From: an uncultured delta proteobacterium
GTDB lineage: Bacteria; Desulfobacterota; Desulfobacteria; Desulfobacterales; QNYZ01
Reading direction: 5' to 3'
Length of the DNA stretch: 64,000 nucleotides
NCBI GenBank assembly: GCA_963845145.1
Contig: CAWJQU010000013.1
Span: 96,001-160,000 of the forward strand
Shown one piece after another: positions 43,138 through 52,694 of the stretch. The notes beneath the pieces were generated by a model, which saw nothing but the letters and a program-made list of their open reading frames with translations, did not search any database and was not told where the DNA came from. Position 1 is the first letter of the stretch. Every line of letters starts with the position of its first letter. The translations under genes and the position numbers were made by a program.

Positions 43138-44133
43138 TCAAGAGCACCGCGAGACGATTCTCCAAACTGATTTCATGAATACACGCCGAAGAGCTATTTC
43201 GCGGTGAACGATAGCATATAATAACGTCCTGACTGCACACCACAATGCTTTTCGCCTGTGAAGATAACTGGCTTTTGATGTTTCCAGAACCCACTTGCGA
43301 CTGCCAATGAGTTTCTCGAGTCGCTTTGTCATAAGTCCCGAGCGCTCGAGATCTCGCTCCATCTGGATTGTGCATGCCAACGATTGATCCAAGCGACGGG
43401 CCGCTTCCCGGCGCCATTTTGTTGGTTCCCAATGGGATGGATTCTGAGTACTGACTCCAGAACCAACTCTATACCGAACTAAAGGCTTGCCAATGAATAT
43501 CGCACCGCCAAGCAAGGCAGAGCGGAAGGCAAAAGCAACATCTTCAGTGTTTCCAATGCCAGTGACATCCACAGGTCCAAACATCTCATAATTCTTACGT
43601 GGAACTGCAACTGTTGCTCCAAGCAAACTGGCCCCTTGCCGCAGCATTTGGACGGAGTTAGAAAGTGCTGTTGGATTCCACGGCCCCTGTTGGCGATTCA
43701 GATCGCGACCGTTGCTGGCGATGCACTTGGCTGTGGAATGAAGGCAGACAGCGGGCCTCCCTGCGTCTTGCCACTCACTAAAAAGCACCGCAGCTCTCTC
43801 GGGCAGTGCAACGTCATCACCTCCCGCCAGGATAAGTAGATCACTTTTTGCCTCCCCCATTGCTCGTGAGATACTGCCCGCAAACCCTATGTTTACTGGA
43901 TTTGCAATTACACGTACTTGAGCAGGCCCTCGATATGCCGCGGCCAATTCATTCATGATTTCCAGCGTGGCATCCTCTGATGCGTCGTCCACCAGGAGTA
44001 TTTCCAGGCGATTCAACGTTTGCGCAAACGCCGAATGCACGGCCTCGGCGATGAATTCAGCTTGGTTGAAGCCAAACACCGCCATTGTGGCAATGCACAC
44101 TGGCGTCGAGATACAACGTTGTTCGGCCTTCAC
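43138..44133 (-). CDS. GT2 family glycosyltransferase
   Basis: FNQAEFIAEAVHSAFAQT, LLVDDASED, AGGDD, TED; true start uncertain, probably just after the FkbM stop. Confidence 0.85.
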   Translation of the reverse strand: MKAEQRCISTPVCIATMAVFGFNQAEFIAEAVHSAFAQTLNRLEILLVDDASEDATLEIMNELAAAYRGPAQVRVIANPVNIGFAGSISRAMGEAKSDLLILAGGDDVALPERAAVLFSEWQDAGRPAVCLHSTAKCIASNGRDLNRQQGPWNPTALSNSVQMLRQGASLLGATVAVPRKNYEMFGPVDVTGIGNTEDVAFAFRSALLGGAIFIGKPLVRYRVGSGVSTQNPSHWEPTKWRREAARRLDQSLACTIQMERDLERSGLMTKRLEKLIGSRKWVLETSKASYLHRRKALWCAVRTLLYAIVHREIALRRVFMKSVWRIVSRCS

Positions 44134-44138
44134 GATTC

Positions 44139-44981
44139 TCACGCACGATGAGCGATCCAATTGTCGAGAGTTACATCTTCTTTGCGAGGGTCTATCTCGT
44201 TTAGCTGCCCATTCCGATCCAGCCGATTGATAGAATATCCGCAGTCTTGTAGAATTGTTGTACATTCAAACGGATCACGCCCAAGCGTACGACTATTTTC
44301 CAGGGATATTTCGTAAATCACGTAGAAAGGTGGATTGTTTCTCAGTAAGTTGTGCGCTCCACGAAGGACATCCGACTCGAAGCCTTCCACATCGATCTTC
44401 AGAACTGCAATATTGTGCAAGCTCTGTTGGCGGCAAAACGTGTCAAGTGTTACGGCATCCACCTCAACCTTACAAGGTTCCTGGGCCATTCCAATTCTAC
44501 AGGTAGCCCGGCAATGTGCATCTGCAATGAAACGGACCTTTCCATCATTGGCCGCTACGGCACATCCATGAATCTGAATATTGTTGAGGTGGTTGAGTGC
44601 AGCGTTCTGCTCAAGCGCTGGAGATGTATATGGATTTGGTTCGAAGGCATAGACAGTTCGCCGAGGATACCGAGTAGCCAAAACTGATGCGAACGCGCCG
44701 ATATTGGCGCCGACATCCAAGATACTGCCGTCTGGAAAGGGATGCTTGGTGCAAAAGTTGCGTTCGGCGTCATTAAGGAAATATCGTGAATAGAAATATT
44801 CGGTGTAGTTCACAAACGACCCAAGCTGGACGTTCGGTGCGATGGATAGGTGTGCATTCCCGTCGTGCAGGAGTCGACTACAGTGATATCGTAACCACCA
44901 GAATAAATGCAAGGGGTTTCGCATTGTGGTCACAACATTGCGATAAAGCCGTGCTGTTCGTCTTTTCGGTGATGAACACAT
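44139..44981 (-). CDS. FkbM family methyltransferase
   Basis: LDVGANIG, YAFEPNP, LKIDVEGFESDVLRG. Confidence 0.92.
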   Translation of the reverse strand: MCSSPKRRTARLYRNVVTTMRNPLHLFWWLRYHCSRLLHDGNAHLSIAPNVQLGSFVNYTEYFYSRYFLNDAERNFCTKHPFPDGSILDVGANIGAFASVLATRYPRRTVYAFEPNPYTSPALEQNAALNHLNNIQIHGCAVAANDGKVRFIADAHCRATCRIGMAQEPCKVEVDAVTLDTFCRQQSLHNIAVLKIDVEGFESDVLRGAHNLLRNNPPFYVIYEISLENSRTLGRDPFECTTILQDCGYSINRLDRNGQLNEIDPRKEDVTLDNWIAHRA

Positions 44982-45206
44982 CGTCAGATATCTAAGGGTT
45001 ATTCCCTTTCATTTTTATTTTTCAATAGAAAACGTGATGACCTTACACTCTTTTGCTTCAACGACGATACCCCACGTTTTCCACACCTTCCACTTGTTAG
45101 TAACGGGAAGTGTTGCAACCGCAAAGCTTTTTCCGGAAACGCAGGTGGTGCCTTGGGCGAACACATTGCCGCCCTTACTCCCGGGATTTTGTAGTTTAAT
45201 CTGGAC

Positions 45207-46311
45207 GAGACCTTTCCACAACCTGCTTGATAGACCAGTCTGGGTTGATTAAAAATCTTTTTTCCACGCAAAGTTGCATCAAAAATTGCATAACTGTAAG
45301 TAATTAATTGATATATTATTTGTATCGTGCTATCCTCAACTTAAATTTTAACCCCAAGGAGAATAGCATGGGATTTAAAAAAATCGACCCCCAGTTTACT
45401 AAAGATTGTCAAAAAACGCCATGAATCAAATTAACTCCGCTATCTCTCCGGCAGTTAGAACAAAAGGGTCTCAATATCAATGAAGGTGTTGCCATTGATG
45501 CCAGGCTGGTCAAATCCGCCAGTCGCCCCGTCAGCAAGAAAAACTCAAAGAATTGCAGGAAAAACATAATACGCCAGAAGGGAAACTGGATAAAAATGGC
45601 AAACCCAAAAAGTTCTGCCGGGATCGGAATCAGACTGGACCATTAAAAATGATACGCCTCACTATGGGCTTAAAGAACATACTTCGGTTGATGTCAACCA
45701 TGGCTTTATCCTCGCTACGACCATGACGCCGGCTTCGGTAAACGATACCAACTATCTGCCCTATTGCACGGTTTACAGCCGACATACGAAACAACCGATT
45801 GAAAAGGTGTATGCTGATAAAGGATACGCCGGCACACCAAATCGAGAGTTTCTGGCCGACAATAAAATCGCCGATGGAATCATGCGCAAAAACTCTACCA
45901 CGGCCAAACTCACCGAATTTGAAATTGAACGTAACAAGAAAATCTCCAAAGTTCGGTATATTGTCGAGCAGTATTTTGGAATCAGTCATCTGCATGATGG
46001 TGCTAAAAGAGCCCGGTTTACTACGATAGCCAAAAACAATTTGGATTGTTGGTGTCGTCAGGCAGCATTTAACATAACCAGGGGGTTAAAAAGACTCAAG
46101 TTGGCCACCGTATAAGGTGGATCGGTGCGTCCGGAGAGTAAATTCCGGGCATCGCACCTCAATTATTGCCTCTTGCGAGGTTGATTCACAGCCAATTTCA
46201 CCTAAATCCACCTGGTTTTGGATTTCAATATAAAAATTTTCTCCGCGCGCCTTCCGAAAAATTAAAGAAAATTATAGAATCGGGAATCTGGACGGTTTTT
46301 CAAAAAGTATC
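45207..46311 (+). mobile_element. Degenerate, internally deleted IS5-family element
   Basis: Left end GAGACCTTTCCACAACC; broken transposase (start MGFKK at 45368; GVAIDARLVKS; HYGLKEH; VYADKGY; RYIVEQYFG to 46115); degenerate right end ~46294-46311. Confidence 0.82.
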
Positions 46312-46393
46312 CGAACGATTAGGATATGCCAACCTTTATTGAGAATGGGGGACAAGCAGTCCCAATCCCTGCTCAGGTTTTCCTTTCCCTCAT

Positions 46394-47548
46394 TCATTCT
46401 TTCGTAACAGACAACAGTGAACCCAGATCCCGCAGTGCCTGATCAATGGGCAGTATCGTGATTCCGTCTCTGTAAAGCGGTATTTTGCCGCCGTAAAAGA
46501 GATAACATTGGGCCGGTGGATAATCCTTTTTAAACTCGTTTAAGCCTCTCAAGTTTTTCGAATGCATATGGGCGGAACGTTTGACCTCGATGGCGATGAG
46601 ACCCCTGGGGCCGTATAGGATAAAATCGACCTCCAAGCCGTTTTTGGTTCGCCAGAAATAGAGCTGGTAATTTAGCTCCAGGTAATCATTAATGGCGCGC
46701 AGCTCCTGGAATACCAAGGTTTCTAAAGCCGGCCCGTCCATTTCGGCATCGGAATCCAGCGGGCCGGTGGGCCGGATGGCCCTGAACACGCCGGTGTCGA
46801 AATAGTAAAATTTTCGGTGACGGATCAGCTTTCTTTTTGCCTTCCGGGTAAAGATCGGAAGCCGCACCCCGATGAGCAGATCCTCCACGATGGCAAAATA
46901 ATTTTCCGCCGTGGCGCGCTCTATGTGCGCCTCCCTGGCGATTGCACTGGTGTTGACCACGGACCCCTGGGAAAATCCGGCAGCTTCCAAAAAGCGCGAA
47001 AAATGGCCGATGTTTCGCGTCAGGCTCTCCTGGAGGACCTCCTCGCGGATGTAGGTCTGTACGTAATCGCTTAAATACTTTTGCGGGTCATGCTCGCTGA
47101 AGCGTGCCGGCAGGTTCCCGAACTGAAGGGATTTCTCAATCTGAAACGCCCCTTTCTGCTCCCCGGTGGTCAGGGGGTGCAGGTGATAGGTTAGGGCCCG
47201 GCCCGCAAGTAGGTTCACCCCTTTCTGTTTCAGCTTTCTGGCGCTGGACCCCGTGAGAATAAAAGTCCGGTGTTCCGACTCGATGAGGTCATGAACCTCG
47301 TTCAGCAATGTCGGAATGCGCTGGATCTCGTCGATGATGATCCAACCGTCATATTGGGGCGGAATCATCTCTCGGATGATCCCCGGATTCCCCGATAAGC
47401 GATTGTAGGTGTCGGACTGAAGCAGGTTGACAAACAGGGCTTGCGGTAATTGTTGCCGCAGCCACGTGGTTTTCCCGGTGCCCCGCGGCCCGAAAAGAAA
47501 GAAGCTCTTTTTGTTTTTTAACGGAATGTCAATCATGCGCTCAAACAT
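46394..47548 (-). CDS. AAA-family ATPase with DUF4143 / PD-(D/E)XK-like C-terminus
   Basis: GPRGTGKTT, IIDEIQR, LTGSSAR, KFYYFDTG, EVDFIL...AIEVK; RBS AGGAG before ATG 47548. Confidence 0.9.
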   Translation of the reverse strand: MFERMIDIPLKNKKSFFLFGPRGTGKTTWLRQQLPQALFVNLLQSDTYNRLSGNPGIIREMIPPQYDGWIIIDEIQRIPTLLNEVHDLIESEHRTFILTGSSARKLKQKGVNLLAGRALTYHLHPLTTGEQKGAFQIEKSLQFGNLPARFSEHDPQKYLSDYVQTYIREEVLQESLTRNIGHFSRFLEAAGFSQGSVVNTSAIAREAHIERATAENYFAIVEDLLIGVRLPIFTRKAKRKLIRHRKFYYFDTGVFRAIRPTGPLDSDAEMDGPALETLVFQELRAINDYLELNYQLYFWRTKNGLEVDFILYGPRGLIAIEVKRSAHMHSKNLRGLNEFKKDYPPAQCYLFYGGKIPLYRDGITILPIDQALRDLGSLLSVTKE

Positions 47549-47771
47549 GGCGGATCTCCTGTTTTTGCCAAAGATAGGGCAAAAACCAGGAAAAATCAAA
47601 TCTTGATATGCAAAAAGGCGGGAGAAATGAAATAATCATTTTCAAAACCGCATGATTTTTGGGGCTGGCGTATATATGCCTCTATTACGTCTATGTGACA
47701 TAGTTGGACCAAACCGGGCATTCTTGGAGAAGGATATGTAGGATGCTTGTGTATTGAATATTATCGCAATT

Positions 47772-48194
47772 CTATGTGTTTATATGCTTTAAAATTATTG
47801 ATTTAAATGATTGGATATCCGCGATATCTCCTTTAATGTAATCGAAAACATAGGCATCATCAATCTCACCATACAGATGCACCAATCGATTTCTGAATTT
47901 GGCCATCTGGCGCAGTTGATCACCCAGTTTGAAATCAATAAACCCATTTTCCTGTAGTACTTTAAATGAATCCGAGTAATCCCGGGGTGCTCGAAGTTTT
48001 TCAGACGCGATAATATGATTGGTAACGTCCAGACAGCATTCAATACTGACCTGCAAGTAATATTTGGCACTGCCTATCACTATTTTATCTTTCAAAAATG
48101 ATTTCTTGGACGTGGCTGATATTTGCTTTAATATCTTTAAGTACTCATCCAGTTGCTGAAATTTTAAGAGCACTTTTTCCCTGGATATCATCAT
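47772..48194 (-). CDS. HEPN (DUF86/HepT-like) RNase toxin
   Basis: RX4HXY motif FRNRLVHLYG. Confidence 0.9.
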   Translation of the reverse strand: MMISREKVLLKFQQLDEYLKILKQISATSKKSFLKDKIVIGSAKYYLQVSIECCLDVTNHIIASEKLRAPRDYSDSFKVLQENGFIDFKLGDQLRQMAKFRNRLVHLYGEIDDAYVFDYIKGDIADIQSFKSIILKHINT

Positions 48195-48200
48195 TGTCTC

Positions 48201-48632
48201 CTACAGGTTTTGTGCAAGATATGCCTGATGGTATCGATGAATCACCGGAAGAAAATCAAAATAGGCGCTTCTTACGTTTGTTTCAAAATCTATCCGGCTG
48301 TTTTCATCTTTTGAATATATTAATATGCCATCGGTAATCATTTCACCCAGGACCAACAGTGGTAGATTGTTGGCGATTCTAACTTCAGATTGAACACCAA
48401 AACCCATTTTTTCATCTATTTCCAGCGATAAGGAAAGTTCAAGGTTTAAATGATTGATTTTGGTTTCCGCAATGTAGATACCAATATCAAGGTCACTGAA
48501 TGGATGAACAATTCCTTTGGCAAATCCACCGTACAAATAGGCGAATAGTACGGGCTTATCCGTAAAGATTAGTGGTGCGATTGCTAATAATTTGGATTTA
48601 ATTTTACGGGCGGGTGGTGTTGTTTTTGACAT
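48201..48632 (-). CDS. Minimal nucleotidyltransferase (MntA-like) antitoxin
   Basis: AYLYGGFAKG...SDLDIGI; directly upstream of HEPN gene. Confidence 0.88.
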   Translation of the reverse strand: MSKTTPPARKIKSKLLAIAPLIFTDKPVLFAYLYGGFAKGIVHPFSDLDIGIYIAETKINHLNLELSLSLEIDEKMGFGVQSEVRIANNLPLLVLGEMITDGILIYSKDENSRIDFETNVRSAYFDFLPVIHRYHQAYLAQNL

Positions 48633-48642
48633 TATTTATTTG

Positions 48643-49629
48643 TTACGCATCAATCATATTCATTCTATTGATTTGCTTACAGATCCAACCATAGGTCTTG
48701 TTTAAACCATCCGACAATTTGGCTGATGGCCCCCAGCCAAGCTTTTTTTCGATAAGCCGATTGTCCGAATTTCTTCCCCTAACACCCAAAGGTCCCTCAA
48801 TATGTTTTTTGGTTAGCTTCTTGCCGGAAGCGGCAATAACCATATCGGCCAACTGGTTGATCGTCACCATCTCATCAGAGCCGATGTTGACCGGGCCGGT
48901 CCAATCGGAGCGCATCAGGCGCAGGGTGCCTTCCAGGCATTCGTCGATGTAGAGAAAGGATCGGGTCTGTTTGCCGTCTCCCCAGATGTCAATTGTGCCA
49001 CCATCTTTTGCCATGGCCACTTTTCGGCAAAGCGCGGCGGGGGCTTTCTCTTTTCCTCCGGTGAAAACACCCTCCGGGCCGAAAATGTTGTGATAGCGGG
49101 CGATGCGAACATCCATGTGATAATTGCGGTGATACGATAGGTAGAGTCGTTCGGAAAAGAGCTTTTCCCAGCCGTATTCGCTGTCCGGTTGGGCCGGGTA
49201 GGCGCTATCTTCGGCGCAATTGGGGTTGTCCGGATCGAGCTGATTGTATTCAGGGTAGATGCAGGCTGACGAGGAGTAAAATATCCGCTTAATATTCCTT
49301 TTTTGACAGGCATCGAGCATATTGAGATTGATCATGCCGGAGTTGTGCATCACATCCGCGTCGTTTTCGCCGGTGAAAATATATCCGGCACCGCCCATAT
49401 CGGCGGCAAATTGATACACTTCATCGAAGCGTCGATCCACAATGGATCGGCAAAAAACGGGGTCGCGCAGATCTCCGATGGCAAAATCATCGGCGGCTGA
49501 TTCCGAAAATTCGGGAAATTTCAAATCAACGCCACGAACCCGGAAACCTTCCTCCGTCAATCGATTGACCATATGGCTGCCGATAAAGCCGCCGGCACCG
49601 CAAACAAGTGCTGTTTTTTCTGATTTCAA
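48643..49629 (-). CDS. NAD-dependent epimerase, GDP-mannose 3,5-epimerase-like
   Basis: GAGGFIG, AADMGGAGYI, SSACIYPE, YGWEK, GGKEKAPAALCRK, GVRGRNSDN. Confidence 0.88.
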   Translation of the reverse strand: MKSEKTALVCGAGGFIGSHMVNRLTEEGFRVRGVDLKFPEFSESAADDFAIGDLRDPVFCRSIVDRRFDEVYQFAADMGGAGYIFTGENDADVMHNSGMINLNMLDACQKRNIKRIFYSSSACIYPEYNQLDPDNPNCAEDSAYPAQPDSEYGWEKLFSERLYLSYHRNYHMDVRIARYHNIFGPEGVFTGGKEKAPAALCRKVAMAKDGGTIDIWGDGKQTRSFLYIDECLEGTLRLMRSDWTGPVNIGSDEMVTINQLADMVIAASGKKLTKKHIEGPLGVRGRNSDNRLIEKKLGWGPSAKLSDGLNKTYGWICKQINRMNMIDA

Positions 49630-49703
49630 CGTCTTATAAAACCTGTTTAGTGGATTTGAACGGTAATTTTAACATATAGCTCCGCCTCGTCGATTACATT
49701 ATA

Positions 49704-49731
49704 TTATCGGCCGATAAACCAATAACATTTA
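49704..49731 (-). promoter_or_regulatory. Putative sigma28 (FliA) promoter
   Basis: TAAA-N16-GCCGATAA on minus strand ~75 bp upstream of the epimerase start. Confidence 0.55.
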
Positions 49732-49746
49732 GCATTTATTAAAAAA

Positions 49747-50226
49747 TCATTCAAGCGCCGTCCCCCAATCGTACTGGCGTTTGATATATTTAAGGAACAA
49801 AGATGTCTCGGTCCGGATTACACCATCAATGCGATTAATCTTTTCGAAGATGAGCTCGTTTAACTCGTCCATGTTCCGGACTACAAATTCCGTTTCGATG
49901 CCGGTACCGCCGGTGGATTGGACGATGAACCATAATGGTTTAAATTTATGCAATTTTTTGATAATCTGGTCCATCTTTTTGATTTCAACATAAATTCGAA
50001 TGTTGCCCACGATTTTAAATCCGAGTTTCATGGGGTTGCTAACCGCAACAATTTGGATATAATCTTCTTTAACCAGGCGATCCAGGCGAGACCGGACGGT
50101 CGCTTCGGAGACACCGATTTTTTTGGCGATATCGGTATTGGCGATCCGCCCATCTTTCTGCAATAGTTGTATGATTTCGCAATCGACACCGTCGATCACT
50201 CTTTTTCGTGTTTTTTTAGGCTTCAT
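49747..50226 (-). CDS. Lrp/AsnC family transcriptional regulator
   Basis: IIQLLQKDGRIANTDIAKKIGVSEATVRSRLDRL; C-terminal IDGVIRTETS; divergent from catabolic cluster. Confidence 0.93.
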   Translation of the reverse strand: MKPKKTRKRVIDGVDCEIIQLLQKDGRIANTDIAKKIGVSEATVRSRLDRLVKEDYIQIVAVSNPMKLGFKIVGNIRIYVEIKKMDQIIKKLHKFKPLWFIVQSTGGTGIETEFVVRNMDELNELIFEKINRIDGVIRTETSLFLKYIKRQYDWGTALE

Positions 50227-50594
50227 TCATCCTCCGTAGCGTTATTTTTAAAAGGTCGTTTGATTCTATAAATTTTCGAGGTGCTGGTTTGAATATTTCA
50301 TGTGTCCAGGATTGTGGAATGGGATATCAACGGCCTATTGGACAATACTCTACCATATTATGTAGAGTATATCTCTAAAAATGTATTTATCGTGCGAAAA
50401 ATTATTGTATATCGTGGTTTATTTAAAAAAAAATGGTATTATTCGCAATAAACCGATAGGGTCCCTTGACAATCTGGCTTGTTATACATAAAAACAAAAA
50501 TAGTAACCGAGCATAACAAAAACAGCCTGTCAAATGAAGTATTTATCTTAACCAAGAATAAAAACCAACCACTTGCAACTCAGAAGGAGGCGAC

Positions 50595-52049
50595 ATGTCA
50601 TTGCCATTATTGAAAAACTATATCGACGGAGAATGGGTGCAGTCCGAATCGACAACCATCGGCGATGTTTGGAATCCCGCCAAAGGCGAAAAAATTGCCC
50701 AAGTTCCCTACAGCACGAAAAACGATGTAGATAAAGCCGTTGCAGCCGCCAAAGATGCCTATGCAGAATGGCGTACGACACCCCCACTGTCGCGGGCAAG
50801 GTACCTGTTTCGGCTGAAAGAGGCTTTTGAGGAAAATTTTGAGGAAATCGCGCGTACATTAACAACCGAGCAGGGTAAATGTGTGGATGAAGCACGCGGC
50901 GAAGTCCGACGTATGATTGAAAATGTGGAGCATGCCACGGGGGTGACCACGCTCATGTGCGGTTATACGCTGGAAGATATCGCCCAGGGGATCGATTGCT
51001 ACGGCCACCGCCAACCCATGGGGGTGTTTGCCGCTATCGTTCCGTACAACTTTCCGGCAATGGTGGCCTGGTGGTTTCTGCCTTATGCCCTTGTCTCTGG
51101 AAACACCTTTATTGTCAAACCCTCCGAGCAGGTGCCTATGACCCAGGCCAAGATATTTGAGATCGTCGATGAAGTTGGGTTTCCGGAAGGCGTGGTCAAC
51201 ATGGTGCATGGGTCCCGCGATGTGGTCAATGCACTTTTAGATCATCCAGACATTGAGGGTATCTCTTTTGTGGGGTCGACCCCGACTGCGAAGTATATTT
51301 ACGAGCGGTGTGGGGCCACCGGTAAACGGGTGCAATCTTTGGGCGGTGCCAAGAACATTGTCGGTATCATGCCGGATGCCAATTTGGAAATCGGGATGCC
51401 CTCGTTGATCACCAGCTTTTTCGGATGCAGCGGCCAAAGATGCCTCTCCGGGTCGATATTGGCACCCGTGGGGGATAATGCCGATGCCATCATCGATGAA
51501 TTTGTATCCGCCGCTAAAATTATGAAAGTGGGTGATGGCTTGGATGAGAGCGCCGCTATGGGCCCGGTAGTTAGCGCCGCCCATAAAGAACGGGTACTCG
51601 GCTTTATCGAAAAAGGGGTTGAGGAGGGCGCCGACTTGATTATGGATGGGCGGGATTTCTCAGTTCCGGAATATCCCAATGGTTTTTTTGTGGGCCCAAC
51701 CATTTTTGACAATGTAACCTTGGATATGACCATCTCCTCCCAGGAGATTTTCGGCCCGGTGGTCAGTATCGTTCGCTGCAAGGATTTAGATGAAGTTATC
51801 AACCTGGTCAATACCCGCAACTACGCCAACGCCGCCTGTCTTTATACGTCCAGCGGAAGTGCAGCGCGGCAATTCAAGTATGAGGTGACCCCCAGTATGG
51901 TGGGTATCAATATCGGTATTGCGGCACCCATGAGTTTCTTCCCATTTGGCGGTGCCGGTAACTCTATGTTTGGAGATATCAAAGCGCATGGCCAGGAGAT
52001 TTTCCAGTTCTTTACCGACACCAAGGTGGTCATTGAGCGCTGGTTTTAG
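50595..52049 (+). CDS. mmsA: CoA-acylating (methyl)malonate-semialdehyde dehydrogenase
   Basis: PYNFPAM, KPSEQVP, SFVGSTP, LGGAKN, GCSGQRC, EIFGPV, MVGINIGIAAP. Confidence 0.92.
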   Translation: MSLPLLKNYIDGEWVQSESTTIGDVWNPAKGEKIAQVPYSTKNDVDKAVAAAKDAYAEWRTTPPLSRARYLFRLKEAFEENFEEIARTLTTEQGKCVDEARGEVRRMIENVEHATGVTTLMCGYTLEDIAQGIDCYGHRQPMGVFAAIVPYNFPAMVAWWFLPYALVSGNTFIVKPSEQVPMTQAKIFEIVDEVGFPEGVVNMVHGSRDVVNALLDHPDIEGISFVGSTPTAKYIYERCGATGKRVQSLGGAKNIVGIMPDANLEIGMPSLITSFFGCSGQRCLSGSILAPVGDNADAIIDEFVSAAKIMKVGDGLDESAAMGPVVSAAHKERVLGFIEKGVEEGADLIMDGRDFSVPEYPNGFFVGPTIFDNVTLDMTISSQEIFGPVVSIVRCKDLDEVINLVNTRNYANAACLYTSSGSAARQFKYEVTPSMVGINIGIAAPMSFFPFGGAGNSMFGDIKAHGQEIFQFFTDTKVVIERWF

Positions 52050-52121
52050 TCGGCCATGTTTTTATAATATTATTTTGCACTCAGGGGGATGGCTTATTTT
52101 TTCCTTGAGCGCGAATGAGGG

Positions 52122-52559
52122 GTGATTGACATGCCACTAGAAAGTTTTGGAAGTATTTTGGGTTTTGCGGCGTCTTTGGAAAAAGATGACAAGGACTTTT
52201 ACCAAATGGCCGCCCAAAAAGAGGAAGCCGGTGAGCACAAGGCCTTGTTTGAAACGCTGGCCAAGGATGCGGCCAAACACATTAAACTGATTGAAAGGAC
52301 ACGACGGGAAAATGTGACTGAAATGATTTTAGAGCCCATAAGGGATTTTACCCGGGATGCATTTTGTGAAAGCTTTGAAAAGACCGAAATAATGAGTGGG
52401 CCTGTCCTTATAGAAACAGCCCGATGCCGGGAAGGGCGCGCCCAACGTTATTATGCCGAGGCCGCCGCAAAGATTAAGGCTTTACCCGAGGTTTCCCGTG
52501 CTTTGAAACGTATGGGGAAGAAACGACAATCTCACATGGATACGCTGGACGCTCTTTAA
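52122..52559 (+). CDS. Ferritin/rubrerythrin-like four-helix-bundle protein
   Basis: ILGFAASLE...FY...LFETLAKD..KH and ARCRE...RYY repeated helix pattern; RBS GAGGGG. Confidence 0.65.
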   Translation: MIDMPLESFGSILGFAASLEKDDKDFYQMAAQKEEAGEHKALFETLAKDAAKHIKLIERTRRENVTEMILEPIRDFTRDAFCESFEKTEIMSGPVLIETARCREGRAQRYYAEAAAKIKALPEVSRALKRMGKKRQSHMDTLDAL

Positions 52560-52694
52560 ATTGACGTATGAGCCTGTTGGTCTGCTGCAGGCGGAGTTGC
52601 CGGTAACGTTTGAAGTGTATAACAGGGGTATTAATCTAACCTTTCACCCCACCGTATCAACTGATTTTTATTGGCAGGAAAGGAGCAAATTATC

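Noticed and set aside
43138..44265. 375-aa GT2 ORF with long N-terminal extension
   Set aside because: The first ~45 codons overlap the FkbM gene and look non-coding; a later start is more plausible
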